Assembly (NCBI GenBank): GCA_964057225.1
Contig: CAXKVF010000002.1
Coordinates: forward strand, 122,414 to 186,413
From: Auanema rhodensis
Lineage: Eukaryota > Animalia > Nematoda
Length of the DNA stretch: 64,000 nucleotides
Direction: 5' to 3'
The translations under genes and the position numbers were made by a program. The notes under the pieces are model-generated. The model worked only from the letters and a program-made list of their open reading frames with translations, was not told the origin of the DNA and searched no databases. Below are positions 30,001-45,000 of the stretch, in pieces. The first letter of the stretch is position 1. The number at the start of each line of letters is the position of its first letter.

Positions 30001-33000
30001 CTCAAGGAAGATGCATATTTATCGTCTGTATTGCACATTTCAACACCGTGGAATGAAGTTGTAATACTGTTTTTTTCATATTTTCTTAAGGAATATACAA
30101 AAACTAAATATCTTCACTTGAAATGTACAACACAGTTTGAAATCGCAATATATTGTATCGAGGAAAAACTCAAGGAAGATGCATATTTATCGTCTGTATT
30201 GCACATTTCAACACCGTGGAATGAAGTTGTAATATTTTTTTTTTCATATTTTCTTAAAGAATATACAAAACCTTAATATGTTCACTTGAAATTTACAACA
30301 CAATTAGAAATCGCAATATATTGTATCGAGGAAAAACTCAAGGAAGATGCATATTTATCGTCTGTATTGCACATTTCAACACCGTGGAATGAAGTTTTAA
30401 TACTGTTTTTTTTCATATTTTCTTAGAGAATATACAAAACCTAAATATCTTCACTTGAAATGTACAACACAGTTCAAAATCGCAATATATTGTATCGAGG
30501 AAAAACTCAAGGAAGATGCATATTTATCGTCTGTATTGCACATTTCAACACGGTGGAATGAAGTTGTAATATTTTTTTTTCATATTTTCTTAAAGAATAT
30601 ACAAAACCTAAATATCTTCACATGAAATGTACAACACAATTAGAAATCGCAATATATTGTATCGAGGAAAAACTCAAGGAAGATGCATATTTATCGTCTG
30701 TATTGCACATTTCAACACCGTGGAATGAAGTTTTAATACTGTTTTTTTCATATTTTCTTAGAGAATATACAAAACCTAAATATCTTCACTTGAAATGTAC
30801 AACACAGTTCAAAATCGCAATATATTGTATCGAGGAAAAACTCAAGGAAGATGCATATTTATCGTCTGTATTGCACATTTCAACACTGTGGAATGAAGTT
30901 GTAATATTTTTTTTTCATATTTTCTTAAAGAATATACAAAACCTAAATATCTTCACTTGAAATGTACAACACAATTAGAAATCGCAATATATTGTATCGA
31001 GGAAAAACTCAAGGAAGATGCATATTTATCGTCTGTATTGCACATTTCAACACTGTGGAATGAAGTTGTAATATTTTTTTTTCATATTTTCTTAAAGAAT
31101 ATACAAAACCTTAGTATCTTCACTTGAAATGTACAACACAGTTTGAAATCGCAATATATTGTATCGAGGAAAAACTCAAGGAAGATGCATATTTATCGTC
31201 TGTATTGCACATTTCAACACCGTGGAATGAAGTTGTAATATTTTTTTTTTCATATTTTCTTAAAGAATATACAAAACCTTAGTATCTTCACTTGAAATGT
31301 ACAACACAGTTTGAAATCGCAATATATTGTATCGAGGAAAAACTCAAGGAAGATGCATATTTATCGTCTGTATTGCACATTTCAACACCGTGGAATGAAG
31401 TTGTAATACTGTTTTTTTCATATTTTCTTAAGGAATATACAAAAACTAAATATCTTCACTTGAAATGTACAACACAGTTTGAAATCGCAATATATTGTAT
31501 CGAGGAAAAACTCAAGGAAGATGCATATTTATCGTCTGTATTGCACATTTCAACACCGTGGAATGAAGTTGTAATATTTTTTTTTTCATATTTTCTTAAA
31601 GAATATACAAAACCTAAATATCTTCACTTGAAATGTACAACACAATTAGAAATCGCAATATATAGTATCGAGGAAAAACTCAAGGAAGATGCATATTTAT
31701 CGTCTGTATTGCACATTTCAACACCGTGATATGAAGTTGTAATACTGTTTTTTTCATATTTTCTTAAAGAATATACAAAACCTAAATATGTTCACTTGAA
31801 ATGTACAACACAATTAGAAATCGCAATATATTGTATCGAGGAAAAACTCAAGGAAGATGCATATTTATCGTCTGTATTGCACATTTCAACACCGTGGAAT
31901 GAAGTTTTAATACTGTTTTTTTCATATTTTCTTAGAGAATATACAAAACCTAAATATCTTCACTTGAAATGTACAACACAGTTTAAAATCGCAATATATT
32001 GTATCGAGGAAAAACTCAAGGAAGATGCATATTTATCGTCTGTATTGCACATTTCAACACCGTGGAATGAAGTTTTAATACTGTTTTTTTCATATTTTCT
32101 TAGAGAATATACAAAACCTAAATATCTTCACATGAAATGTACAACACAATTAGAAATCGCAATATATTGTATCGAGGAAAAACTCAAGGAAGATGCATAT
32201 TTATCGTCTGTATTGCACATTTCAACACCGTGGAATGAAGTTTTAATACTGTTTTTTTCATATTTTCTTAAAGAATATACAAAACCTAAATATTTTCACT
32301 TGAAATGTACAACACAGTTTAAAATCGCAATATATTGTATCGAGAAAAAACTCAAGGAAGATACATATTTATCGTCTGTATTGCACATTTCAACACCGTG
32401 GAATGAAGTTGTAATATTTTTTTTTTCATATTTTCTTAAAGAATATACAAAACCTAAATATCTTCACATGAAATGTACAACACAATTAGAAATCGCAATA
32501 TATTGTATCGAGGAAAAACTCAAGGAAGATGCATATTTATCGTCTGTATTGCACATTTCAACACCGTGGAATGAAGTTGTAATATTTTTTTTTTCATATT
32601 TTCTTAAAGAATATACAAAACCTAAATATCTTCACTTGAAATGTACAACACAATTAGAAAACGCAATATATTGTATCGAGGAAAAACTCAAGGAAGATGC
32701 ATATTTATCGTCTGTATTGCACATTTCAACACCGTGGTATGAAGTTGTAATACTGTTTTTTTCATATTTTCTTAAAGAATATACAGAACCTAAATATCTT
32801 CACTTGAAATGTAAAATACAGTTTAAAATCGCAATATATTGTATCGAGGAAAAACTGGAGGAAGATGCATATTATCGTCTGTATTGCACATTTCAACACC
32901 GTGGAATGAAGTTGTAATATTTTTTTTTTCATAGTTTCTTAAAGAATATACAAAACCTAAATATCTTCACATGAAATGTACAACACAATTAGAAATCGCA

Positions 33001-36000
33001 ATATATTGTATCGAGGAAAAACTCAAGGAAGATGCATATTTATCGTCTGTATTGCACATTTCAACACTGTGAAATGAAGTTGTAATATTTTTTTTTTCAT
33101 ATTTTCTTAAAGAATATACAAAACCTAAATATCTTCATATGAAATGTACAACACAATTAGAAATCGCAATATATTGTATCGAGGAAAACCTCAAGGAAGA
33201 TGCATATTTATCGTCTGTATTGCACATTTCAACACCGTGGAATGAAGTTGTAATATTTTTTTTTTCATATTTTCTTAAAGAATATACAAAACCTAAATAT
33301 CTTCACATGAAATGTACAACACAATTAGAAATTGCAATATATTGTGTCGAGGAAAAACTCAAGGTAGATGCATATTTATCGTCTGTATTGCACATTTCAA
33401 CACGGTGGAATGAAGTTGTAATATTTTTTTTTTCATATTTTCTTAAAGAATATACAAAACCTAAATATCTTCACATGAAATGTACAACACAGTTTGAAAT
33501 CGCAATATATTGTATCGAGGAAAAACTCAAGGAAGATGCATATTTATCGTCTGTATTGCACATTTCAACACCGTGGAATGAAGTTCTAATATTTTTTTTT
33601 TCATATTTTCTTAAAGAATATACAAAACCTTAGTATCTTCACTTGAAATGTACAACACAGTTTGAAATCGCAATATATTGTATCGAGGAAAAACTCAAGG
33701 AAGATGCATATTTATCGTCTGTATTGCACATTTCAACACCGTGGAATGAAGTTCTAATATTTTTTTTTTCATATTTTCTTAAAGAATATACAAAACCTTA
33801 GTATCTTCACTTGAAATGTACAACACAGTTTGAAATCGCAATATATTGTATCGAGGAAAAACTCAAGGAAGATGCATATTTATCGTCTATATTGCACATT
33901 TCAACACCGTGATATGAAGTTGTAATACTGTTTTTTTCATATTTTCTTAAAGAATATACAAAACCTAAATATGTTCCCTTGAAATGTACAACACAATTAG
34001 AAATCGCAATATATTGTATCGAGGAAAAACTCAAGGAAGATGCATATTTATCGTCTGTATTGCACATTTCAACACCGTGGAATGAAGTTGTAATATTTTT
34101 TTTTTCATATTTTCTTAAAGAATATACAGAACCTAAATATCTTCACTTGAAATGTACAACACAGTTTAAAATCGCAATATATTGTATCGAGGAAAAACTC
34201 AAGGAAGATGCATATTTATCGTCTGTATTGCACATTTCAACACCGTGATATGAAGTTGTAATACTGTTTTTTTCATATTTTCTTAAAGAATATACAAAAC
34301 CTAAATATCTTCACATGAAATGTACAACACAATTAGAAATCGCAATATATTGTATCGAGGAAAAACTCAAGGAAGATGCATATTTATCGTCTGTATTGCA
34401 CATTTCAACACCGTGGAATGAAGTTGTAATACTGTTTTTTTCATATTTTCTTAAAGAATATACAAAACCTAAATATTTTCACTTGAAATGTACAACACAG
34501 TTTAAAATCGCAATATATTGTATCGAGAAAAAACTCGAGGAAGATGCATATTTATCGTCTGTATTGCACATTTCAACACGGTGGAATGAAGTTGTAATAT
34601 TTTTTTTTTCATATTTTCTTAAAGAATATACAAAACCTAAATATCTTCACATGAAATGTACAACACAATTAGAAATTGCAATATATTGTGTCGAGGAAAA
34701 ACTCAAGGTAGATGCATATTTATCGTCTGTATTGCACATTTCAACACGGTGGAATGAAGTTGTAATATTTTTTTTTTCATATTTTCTTAAAGAATATACA
34801 AAACCTAAATATCTTCACATGAAATGTACAACACAGTTTGAAATCGCAATATATTGTATCGAGGAAAAACTCAAGGAAGATGCATATTTATCGTCTGTGT
34901 TGCACATTTCAACACGGTGGAATGAAGTTGTAATATTTTTTTTTTTCATATTTTCTTAAAGAATATACAAAACCTAAATATCTTCACATGAAATGTACAA
35001 CACAATTAGAAAACGCAATATATTGTATCGAGGAAAAACTCAAGGAAGATGCATATTTATCGTCTGTATTGCACATTTCAACACCGTGGAATGAAGTTTT
35101 AATACTGTTTTTTTCATATTTTCTTAAAGAATATACAAAACCTAAATATCTTCACTTGAAATGTACAACACAGTTTAAAATCGCAATATATTGTATCGAG
35201 AAAAAACTCAAGGAAGATGCATATTTATCGTCTGTATTGCACATTTCAACACCGTGGAATGAAGTTGTAATATTTTTTTTTTCATATTTTCTTGAAGAAT
35301 ATACAAAACCTTAGTATTTTCACTTGAAATGTACAACACAATTAGAAAACGCAATATATTGTATCGAGGAAAAACTCAAGGAAGATGCATATTTATCGTC
35401 TGTATTGCACATTTCAACACCGTGGTATGAAGTTGTAATACTGTTTTTTTCATATTTTCTTAAAGAATATACAAAACCTAAATATCTTCACATGAAATGT
35501 ACAACACAATTAGAAAACGCAATATATTGTATCGAGGAAAAACTCAAGGAAGATGCATATTTATCGTCTGTATTGCACATTTCAACACCGTGGAATGAAG
35601 TTTTAATACTGTTTTTTTCATATTTTCTTAAAGAATATACAAAACCTAAATATCTTCACTTGAAATGTACAACACAGTTTAAAATCGCAATATATTGTAT
35701 CGAGAAAAAACTCAAGGAAGATGCATATTTATCGTCTGTATTGCACATTTCAACACCGTGGAATGAAGTTGTAATATTTTTTTTTTCATAGTTTCTTAAA
35801 GAATATACAAAACCTAAATATCTTCACATGAAATGTACAACACAATTAGAAATCGCAATATATTGTATCGAGGAAAAACTCAAGGAAGATGCATATTTAT
35901 CGTCTGTATTGCACATTTCAACACCGTGGTATGAAGTTGTAATACTGTTTTTTTCATATTTTCTTAAAGAATATACAAAACCTAAATATCTTCACATGAA

Positions 36001-39000
36001 ATGTACAACACAATTAGAAAACGCAATATATTGTATCGAGGAAAAACTCAAGGAAGATGCATATTTATCGTCTGTATTGCACATTTCAACACCGTGGTAT
36101 GAAGTTGTAATACTGTTTTTTTCATATTTTCTTGAAGAATATACAAAACCTTAGTATTTTCACTTGAAATGTACAACACAATTAGAAAACGCAATATATT
36201 GTATCGAGGAAAAACTCAAGGAAGATGCATATTTATCGTCTGTATTGCACATTTCAACACCGTGGTATGAAGTTGTAATACTGTTTTTTTCATATTTTCT
36301 TAAGGAATATACAAAACCTAAATATCTTCACTTGAAATGTACAACACAGTTTAAAATCGCAATATATTGTATCGAGAAAAAACTCAAGGTAGATGCATAT
36401 TTATCGTCTGTATTGCACATTTCAACACCGTGGAATGAAGTTGTAATATTTTTTTTTTCATAGTTTCTTAAAGAATATACAAAACCTAAATATCTTCACA
36501 TGAAATGTACAACACAATTAGAAATCGCAATATATTGTATCGAGGAAAAACTCAAGGAAGATGCATATTTATCGTCTGTATTGCACATTTCAACACTGTG
36601 AAATGAAGTTGTAATATTTTTTTTTTCATATTTTCTTAAAGAATATACAAAACCTAAATATCTTCATATGAAATGTACAACACAATTAGAAATCGCAATA
36701 TATTGTATCGAGGAAAAACTCAAGGAAGATGCATATTTATCGTCTGTATTGCACATTTCAACACGGTGGAATGAAGTTGTAATATTTTTTTTTTCATATT
36801 TTCTTAAAGAATATACAAAACCTTAGTATTTTCACTTGAAATGTACAACACAATTAGAAAACGCAATATATTGTATCGAGGAAAAACTCAAGGAAGATGC
36901 ATATTTATCGTCTGTATTGCACATTTCAACACCGTGGTATGAAGTTGTAATACTGTTTTTTTCATATTTTCTTAAAGAATATACAAAACCTAAATATCTT
37001 CACTTGAAATGTAAAATACAGTTTAAAATCGCAATATATTGTATCGAGGAAAAACTGGAGGAAGATGCATATTATCGTCTGTATTGCACATTTCAACACC
37101 GTGGAATGAATTTGTAATATTTTTTTTTTCATAGTTTCTTAAAGAATATACAAAACCTAAATATCTTCACATGAAATGTACAACACAATTAGAAATCGCA
37201 ATATATTGTATCGAGGAAAAACTCAAGGAAGATGCATATTTATCGTCTGTATTGCACATTTCAACACCGTGGAATGAAGTTCTAATATTTTTTTTTTCAT
37301 ATTTTCTTAAAGAATATACAAAACCTTAGTATCTTCACTTGAAATGTACAACACAGTTCAAAATCGCAATATATTGTATCGAGGAAAAACTCAAGGAAGA
37401 TGCATATTTATCGTCTGTATTGCACATTTCAACACCGTGGAATGAAGTTGTAATATTTTTTTTTTCATATTTTCTTAAAGAATATACAAAACCTAAATAT
37501 CTTCACATGAAATGTACAACACAATTAGAAATCGCAATATATTGTATCGAGGAAAAACTCAAGGAAGATGCATATTTATCGTCTGTATTGCACATTTCAA
37601 CACTGTGGAATGAAGTTGTAATATTTTTTTTTCATATTTTCTTAAAGAATATACAAAACCTTAGTATCTTCACTTGAAATGTACAACACAGTTTAAAATC
37701 GCAATATATTGTATCGAGGAAAAACTCAAGGAAGATGCATATTTATCGTCTGTATTGCACATTTCAACACCGTGGAATGAAGTTGTAATACTGTTTTTTT
37801 CATATTTTCTTAAAGAATATACAAAACCTAAATATCTTCACATGAAATGTACAACACAATTAGAAATCGCAATATATTGTATCCAGGAAAAACTCAAGGA
37901 AGATGCATATTTATCGTCTGTATTGCACATTTCAACACCGTGGAATGAAGTTGTAATATTTTTTTTTTCATATTTTCTTAAAGAATATACAAAACCTAAA
38001 TATCTTCACTTGAAATGTACAACACAATTAGAAATCGCAATATATTGTATCGAGGAAAAACTCAAGGAAGATGCATATTTATCGTCTGTATTGCACATTT
38101 CAACACCGTGGTATGAAGTTGTAATACTGTTTTTTTCATATTTTCTTAAGGAATATACAAAAACTAAATATCTGCACTTGAAATGTACAACACAGTTTAA
38201 AATTGCAATATATTGTATCGAGGAAAAACTCGAGGAAGATGCATATTATTGTCTGTATTGCACATTTCAACACCGTGGAATGAAGTTGTAATACTGTTCT
38301 TTTCATATTTTCTTAAAGAATATACAAAACCTAAATATGTTCACTTGAAATGTACAACACAATTAGAAATCGCAATATATTGTATCGAGGAAAAACTCAA
38401 GGAAGATGCATATTTATCGTCTGTATTGCACATTTCAACACCGTGGAATGAAGTTTTAATACTGTTTTTTTCATATTTTCTTAGAGAATATACAAAACCT
38501 AAATATCTTCACTTGAAATGTACAACACAGTTTAAAATCGCAATATATTGTATCGAGGAAAAACTCAAGGAAGATGCATATTTATCGTCTGTATTGCACA
38601 TTTCAACACCGTGGAATGAAGTTGTAATACTGTTTTTTTCATATTTTCTTAAAGAATATACAAAACCTAAATATCTTCACATGAAATGTACAACACAATT
38701 AGAAATCGCAATATATTGTATCGAGGAAAAACTCAAGGAAGATGCATATTTATCGTCTGTATTGCACATTTCAACACCGTGGAATGAAGTTTTAATACTG
38801 TTTTTTTCATATTTTCTTAGAGAATATACAAAACCTAAATATCTTCACTTGAAATGTACAACACAGTTTAAAATCGCAATATATTGTATCGAGGAAAAAC
38901 TCAAGGAAGATGCATATTTATCGTCTGTATTGCACATTTCAACACCGTGGAATGAAGTTTTAATACTGTTTTTTTCATATTTTCTTAGAGAATATACAAA

Positions 39001-42000
39001 ACCTAAATATCTTCACATGAAATGTACAACACAATTAGAAATCGCAATATATTGTATCGAGGAAAAACTCAAGGAAGATGCATATTTATCGTCTGTATTG
39101 CACATTTCAACACCGTGGAATGAAGTTTTAATACTGTTTTTTTCATATTTTCTTAAAGAATATACAAAACCTAAATATTTTCACTTGAAATGTACAACAC
39201 AGTTTAAAATCGCAATATATTGTATCGAGAAAAAACTCAAGGAAGATACATATTTATCGTCTGTATTGCACATTTCAACACCGTGGTATGAAGTTGTAAT
39301 ACTGTTTTTTTCATATTTTCTTAAGGAATATACAAAACCTAAATATCTTCACTTGAAATGTACAACACAGTTTAAAATCGCAATATATTGTATCGAGAAA
39401 AAACTCAAGGTAGATGCATATTTATCGTCTGTATTGCACATTTCAACACGGTGGAATGAAGTTGTAATATTTTTTTTTTCATATTTTCTTAAAGAATATA
39501 CAAAACCTTAGTATTTTCACTTGAAATGTACAACACAATTAGAAAACGCAATATATTGTATCGAGGAAAAACTCAAGGAAGATGCATATTTATCGTCTGT
39601 ATTGCACATTTCAACACCGTGGTATGAAGTTGTAATACTGTTTTTTTCATATTTTCTTAAAGAATATACAAAACCTAAATATCTTCACTTGAAATGTACA
39701 ACACAGTTTAAAATCGCAATATATTGTATCGAGAAAAAACTCAAGGAAGATGCATATTTATCGTCTGTATTGCACATTTCAACACGGTGGAATGAAGTTG
39801 TAATATTTTTTTTTTCATATTTTCTTAAAGAATATACAAAACCTAAATATCTTCACATGAAATGTACAACACAGTTTGAAATCGCAATATATTGTATCGA
39901 GGAAAAACTCAAGGAAGATGCATATTTATCGTCTGTATTGCACATTTCAACACCGTGGAATGAAGTTCTAATATTTTTTTTTTCATATTTTCTTAAAGAA
40001 TATACAAAACCTTAGTATCTTCACTTGAAATGTACAACACAGTTTGAAATCGCAATATATTGTATCGAGGAAAAACTCAAGGAAGATGCATATTTATCGT
40101 CTGTATTGCACATTTCAACACCGTGGAATGAAGTTCTAATATTTTTTTTTTCATATTTTCTTAAAGAATATACAAAACCTTAGTATCTTCACTTGAAATG
40201 TACAACACAGTTTGAAATCGCAATATATTGTATCGAGGAAAAACTCAAGGAAGATGCATATTTATCGTCTATATTGCACATTTCAACACCGTGATATGAA
40301 GTTGTAATACTGTTTTTTTCATATTTTCTTAAAGAATATACAAAACCTAAATATGTTCCCTTGAAATGTACAACACAATTAGAAATCGCAATATATTGTA
40401 TCGAGGAAAAACTCAAGGAAGATGCATATTTATCGTCTGTATTGCACATTTCAACACCGTGGAATGAAGTTGTAATATTTTTTTTTTCATATTTTCTTAA
40501 AGAATATACAGAACCTAAATATCTTCACTTGAAATGTACAACACAGTTTAAAATCGCAATATATTGTATCGAGGAAAAACTCAAGGAAGATGCATATTTA
40601 TCGTCTGTATTGCACATTTCAACACCGTGATATGAAGTTGTAATACTGTTTTTTTCATATTTTCTTAAAGAATATACAAAACCTAAATATCTTCACATGA
40701 AATGTACAACACAATTAGAAATCGCAATATATTGTATCGAGGAAAAACTCAAGGAAGATGCATATTTATCGTCTGTATTGCACATTTCAACACCGTGGAA
40801 TGAAGTTGTAATACTGTTTTTTTCATATTTTCTTAAAGAATATACAAAACCTAAATATTTTCACTTGAAATGTACAACACAGTTTAAAATCGCAATATAT
40901 TGTATCGAGAAAAAACTCGAGGAAGATGCATATTTATCGTCTGTATTGCACATTTCAACACGGTGGAATGAAGTTGTAATATTTTTTTTTTCATATTTTC
41001 TTAAAGAATATACAAAACCTAAATATCTTCACATGAAATGTACAACACAATTAGAAATCGCAATATATTGTATCGAGGAAAAACTCAAGGAAGATACATA
41101 TTTATCGTCTGTATTGCACATTTCAACACCGTGGAATGAAGTTGTAATATTTTTTTTTCATATTTTCTTAAAGAATATACAAAACCTAAATATTTTCACT
41201 TGAAATGTACAACACAGTTTAAAATCGCAATATATTGTATCGAGAAAAAACTCGAGGAAGATGCATATTTATCGTCTGTGTTGCACATTTCAACACGGTG
41301 GAATGAAGTTGTAATATTTTTTTTTTTCATATTTTCTTAAAGAATATACAAAACCTAAATATCTTCACATGAAATGTACAACACAATTAGAAAACGCAAT
41401 ATATTGTATCGAGGAAAAACTCAAGGAAGATGCATATTTATCGTCTGTATTGCACATTTCAACACCGTGGAATGAAGTTTTAATACTGTTTTTTTCATAT
41501 TTTCTTAAAGAATATACAAAACCTAAATATCTTCACTTGAAATGTACAACACAGTTTAAAATCGCAATATATTGTATCGAGAAAAAACTCAAGGAAGATG
41601 CATATTTATCGTCTGTATTGCACATTTCAACACCGTGGAATGAAGTTGTAATATTTTTTTTTTCATATTTTCTTGAAGAATATACAAAACCTTAGTATTT
41701 TCACTTGAAATGTACAACACAATTAGAAAACGCAATATATTGTATCGAGGAAAAACTCAAGGAAGATGCATATTTATCGTCTGTATTGCACATTTCAACA
41801 CCGTGGTATGAAGTTGTAATACTGTTTTTTTCATATTTTCTTAAAGAATATACAAAACCTAAATATCTTCACTTGAAATGTACAACACAGTTTAAAATCG
41901 CAATATATTGTATCGAGAAAAAACTCAAGGTAGATGCATATTTATCGTCTGTATTGCACATTTCAACACGGTGGAATGAAGTTGTAATATTTTTTTTTTC

Positions 42001-45000
42001 ATATTTTCTTAAAGAATATACAAAACCTTAGTATTTTCACTTGAAATGTACAACACAATTAGAAAACGCAATATATTGTATCGAGGAAAAACTCAAGGAA
42101 GATGCATATTTATCGTCTGTATTGCACATTTCAACACCGTGGTATGAAGTTGTAATACTGTTTTTTTCATATTTTCTTAAAGAATATACAAAACCTAAAT
42201 ATCTTCACTTGAAATGTAAAATACAGTTTAAAATCGCAATATATTGTATCGAGGAAAAACTGGAGGAAGATGCATATTATCGTCTGTATTGCACATTTCA
42301 ACACCGTGGAATGAAGTTGTAATATTTTTTTTTTCATAGTTTCTTAAAGAATATACAAAACCTAAATATCTTCACATGAAATGTACAACACAATTAGAAA
42401 TCGCAATATATTGTATCGAGGAAAAACTCAAGGAAGATGCATATTTATCGTCTGTATTGCACATTTCAACACTGTGAAATGAAGTTGTAATATTTTTTTT
42501 TTCATATTTTCTTAAAGAATATACAAAACCTAAATATCTTCATATGAAATGTACAACACAATTAGAAATCGCAATATATTGTATCGAGGAAAAACTCAAG
42601 GAAGATGCATATTTATCGTCTGTATTGCACATTTCAACACCGTGGAATGAAGTTGTAATATTTTTTTTTTCATATTTTCTTAAAGAATATACAAAACCTA
42701 AATATCTTCACATGAAATGTACAACACAATTAGAAATTGCAATATATTGTGTCGAGGAAAAACTCAAGGTAGATGCATATTTATCGTCTGTATTGCACAT
42801 TTCAACACGGTGGAATGAAGTTGTAATATTTTTTTTTTCATATTTTCTTAAAGAATATACAAAACCTAAATATCTTCACATGAAATGTACAACACAGTTT
42901 GAAATCGCAATATATTGTATCGAGGAAAAACTCAAGGAAGATGCATATTTATCGTCTGTATTGCACATTTCAACACCGTGGAATGAAGTTCTAATATTTT
43001 TTTTTTCATATTTTCTTAAAGAATATACAAAACCTTAGTATCTTCACTTGAAATGTACAACACAGTTTGAAATCGCAATATATTGTATCGAGGAAAAACT
43101 CAAGGAAGATGCATATTTATCGTCTGTATTGCACATTTCAACACCGTGGAATGAAGTTCTAATATTTTTTTTTTCATATTTTCTTAAAGAATATACAAAA
43201 CCTTAGTATCTTCACTTGAAATGTACAACACAGTTTGAAATCGCAATATATTGTATCGAGGAAAAACTCAAGGAAGATGCATATTTATCGTCTGTATTGC
43301 ACATTTCAACACCGTGGAATGAAGTTGTAATATTTTTTTTTTCATATTTTCTTAAAGAATATACAAAACCTAAATATCTTCATATGAAATGTACAACACA
43401 ATTAGAAATCGCAATATATTGTATCGAGGAAAAACTCAAGGAAGATGCATATTTATCGTCTGTATTGCACATTTCAACACCGTGGAATGAAGTTGTAATA
43501 TTTTTTTTTTTCATATTTTCTTAAAGAATATACAAAACCTAAATATCTTCACATGAAATGTACAACACAATTAGAAAACGCAATATATTGTATCGAGGAA
43601 AAACTCAAGGAAGATGCATATTTATCGTCTGTATTGCACATTTCAACACCGTGGAATGAAGTTTTAATACTGTTTTTTTCATATTTTCTTAAAGAATATA
43701 CAAAACCTAAATATCTTCACTTGAAATGTACAACACAGTTTAAAATCGCAATATATTGTATCGAGAAAAAACTCAAGGAAGATGCATATTTATCGTCTGT
43801 ATTGCACATTTCAACACCGTGGAATGAAGTTGTAATATTTTTTTTTTCATATTTTCTTGAAGAATATACAAAACCTTAGTATTTTCACTTGAAATGTACA
43901 ACACAATTAGAAAACGCAATATATTGTATCGAGGAAAAACTCAAGGAAGATGCATATTTATCGTCTGTATTGCACATTTCAACACCGTGGTATGAAGTTG
44001 TAATACTGTTTTTTTCATATTTTCTTAAGGAATATACAAAACCTAAATATCTTCACTTGAAATGTACAACACAGTTTAAAATCGCAATATATTGTATCGA
44101 GAAAAAACTCAAGGTAGATGCATATTTATCGTCTGTATTGCACATTTCAACACGGTGGAATGAAGTTGTAATATTTTTTTTTTCATATTTTCTTAAAGAA
44201 TATACAAAACCTTAGTATTTTCACTTGAAATGTACAACACAATTAGAAAACGCAATATATTGTATCGAGGAAAAACTCAAGGAAGATGCATATTTATCGT
44301 CTGTATTGCACATTTCAACACCGTGGTATGAAGTTGTAATACTGTTTTTTTCATATTTTCTTAAAGAATATACAAAACCTAAATATCTTCACTTGAAATG
44401 TACAACACAGTTTAAAATCGCAATATATTGTATCGAGAAAAAACTCAAGGAAGATGCATATTTATCGTCTGTATTGCACATTTCAACACGGTGGAATGAA
44501 GTTGTAATATTTTTTTTTTCATATTTTCTTAAAGAATATACAAAACCTTAGTATTTTCACTTGAAATGTACAACACAATTAGAAATCGCAATATATTGTA
44601 TCCAGGAAAAACTCAAGGAAGATGCATATTTATCGTCTGTATTGCACATTTCAACACCGTGGAATGAAGTTGTAATATTTTTTTTTTCATATTTTCTTAA
44701 AGAATATACAAAACCTAAATATCTTCACTTGAAATGTACAACACAATTAGAAAACGCAATATATTGTATCGAGGAAAAACTCAAGGAAGATGCATATTTA
44801 TCGTCTGTATTGCACATTTCAACACGGTGGAATGAAGTTGTAATATTTTTTTTTCATATTTTCTTAAAGAATATACAAAACCTAAATATCTTCACATGAA
44901 ATGTACAACACAATTAGAAATCGCAATATATTGTATCGAGGAAAAACTCAAGGAAGATGCATATTTATCGTCTGTATTGCACATTTCAACACCGTGGAAT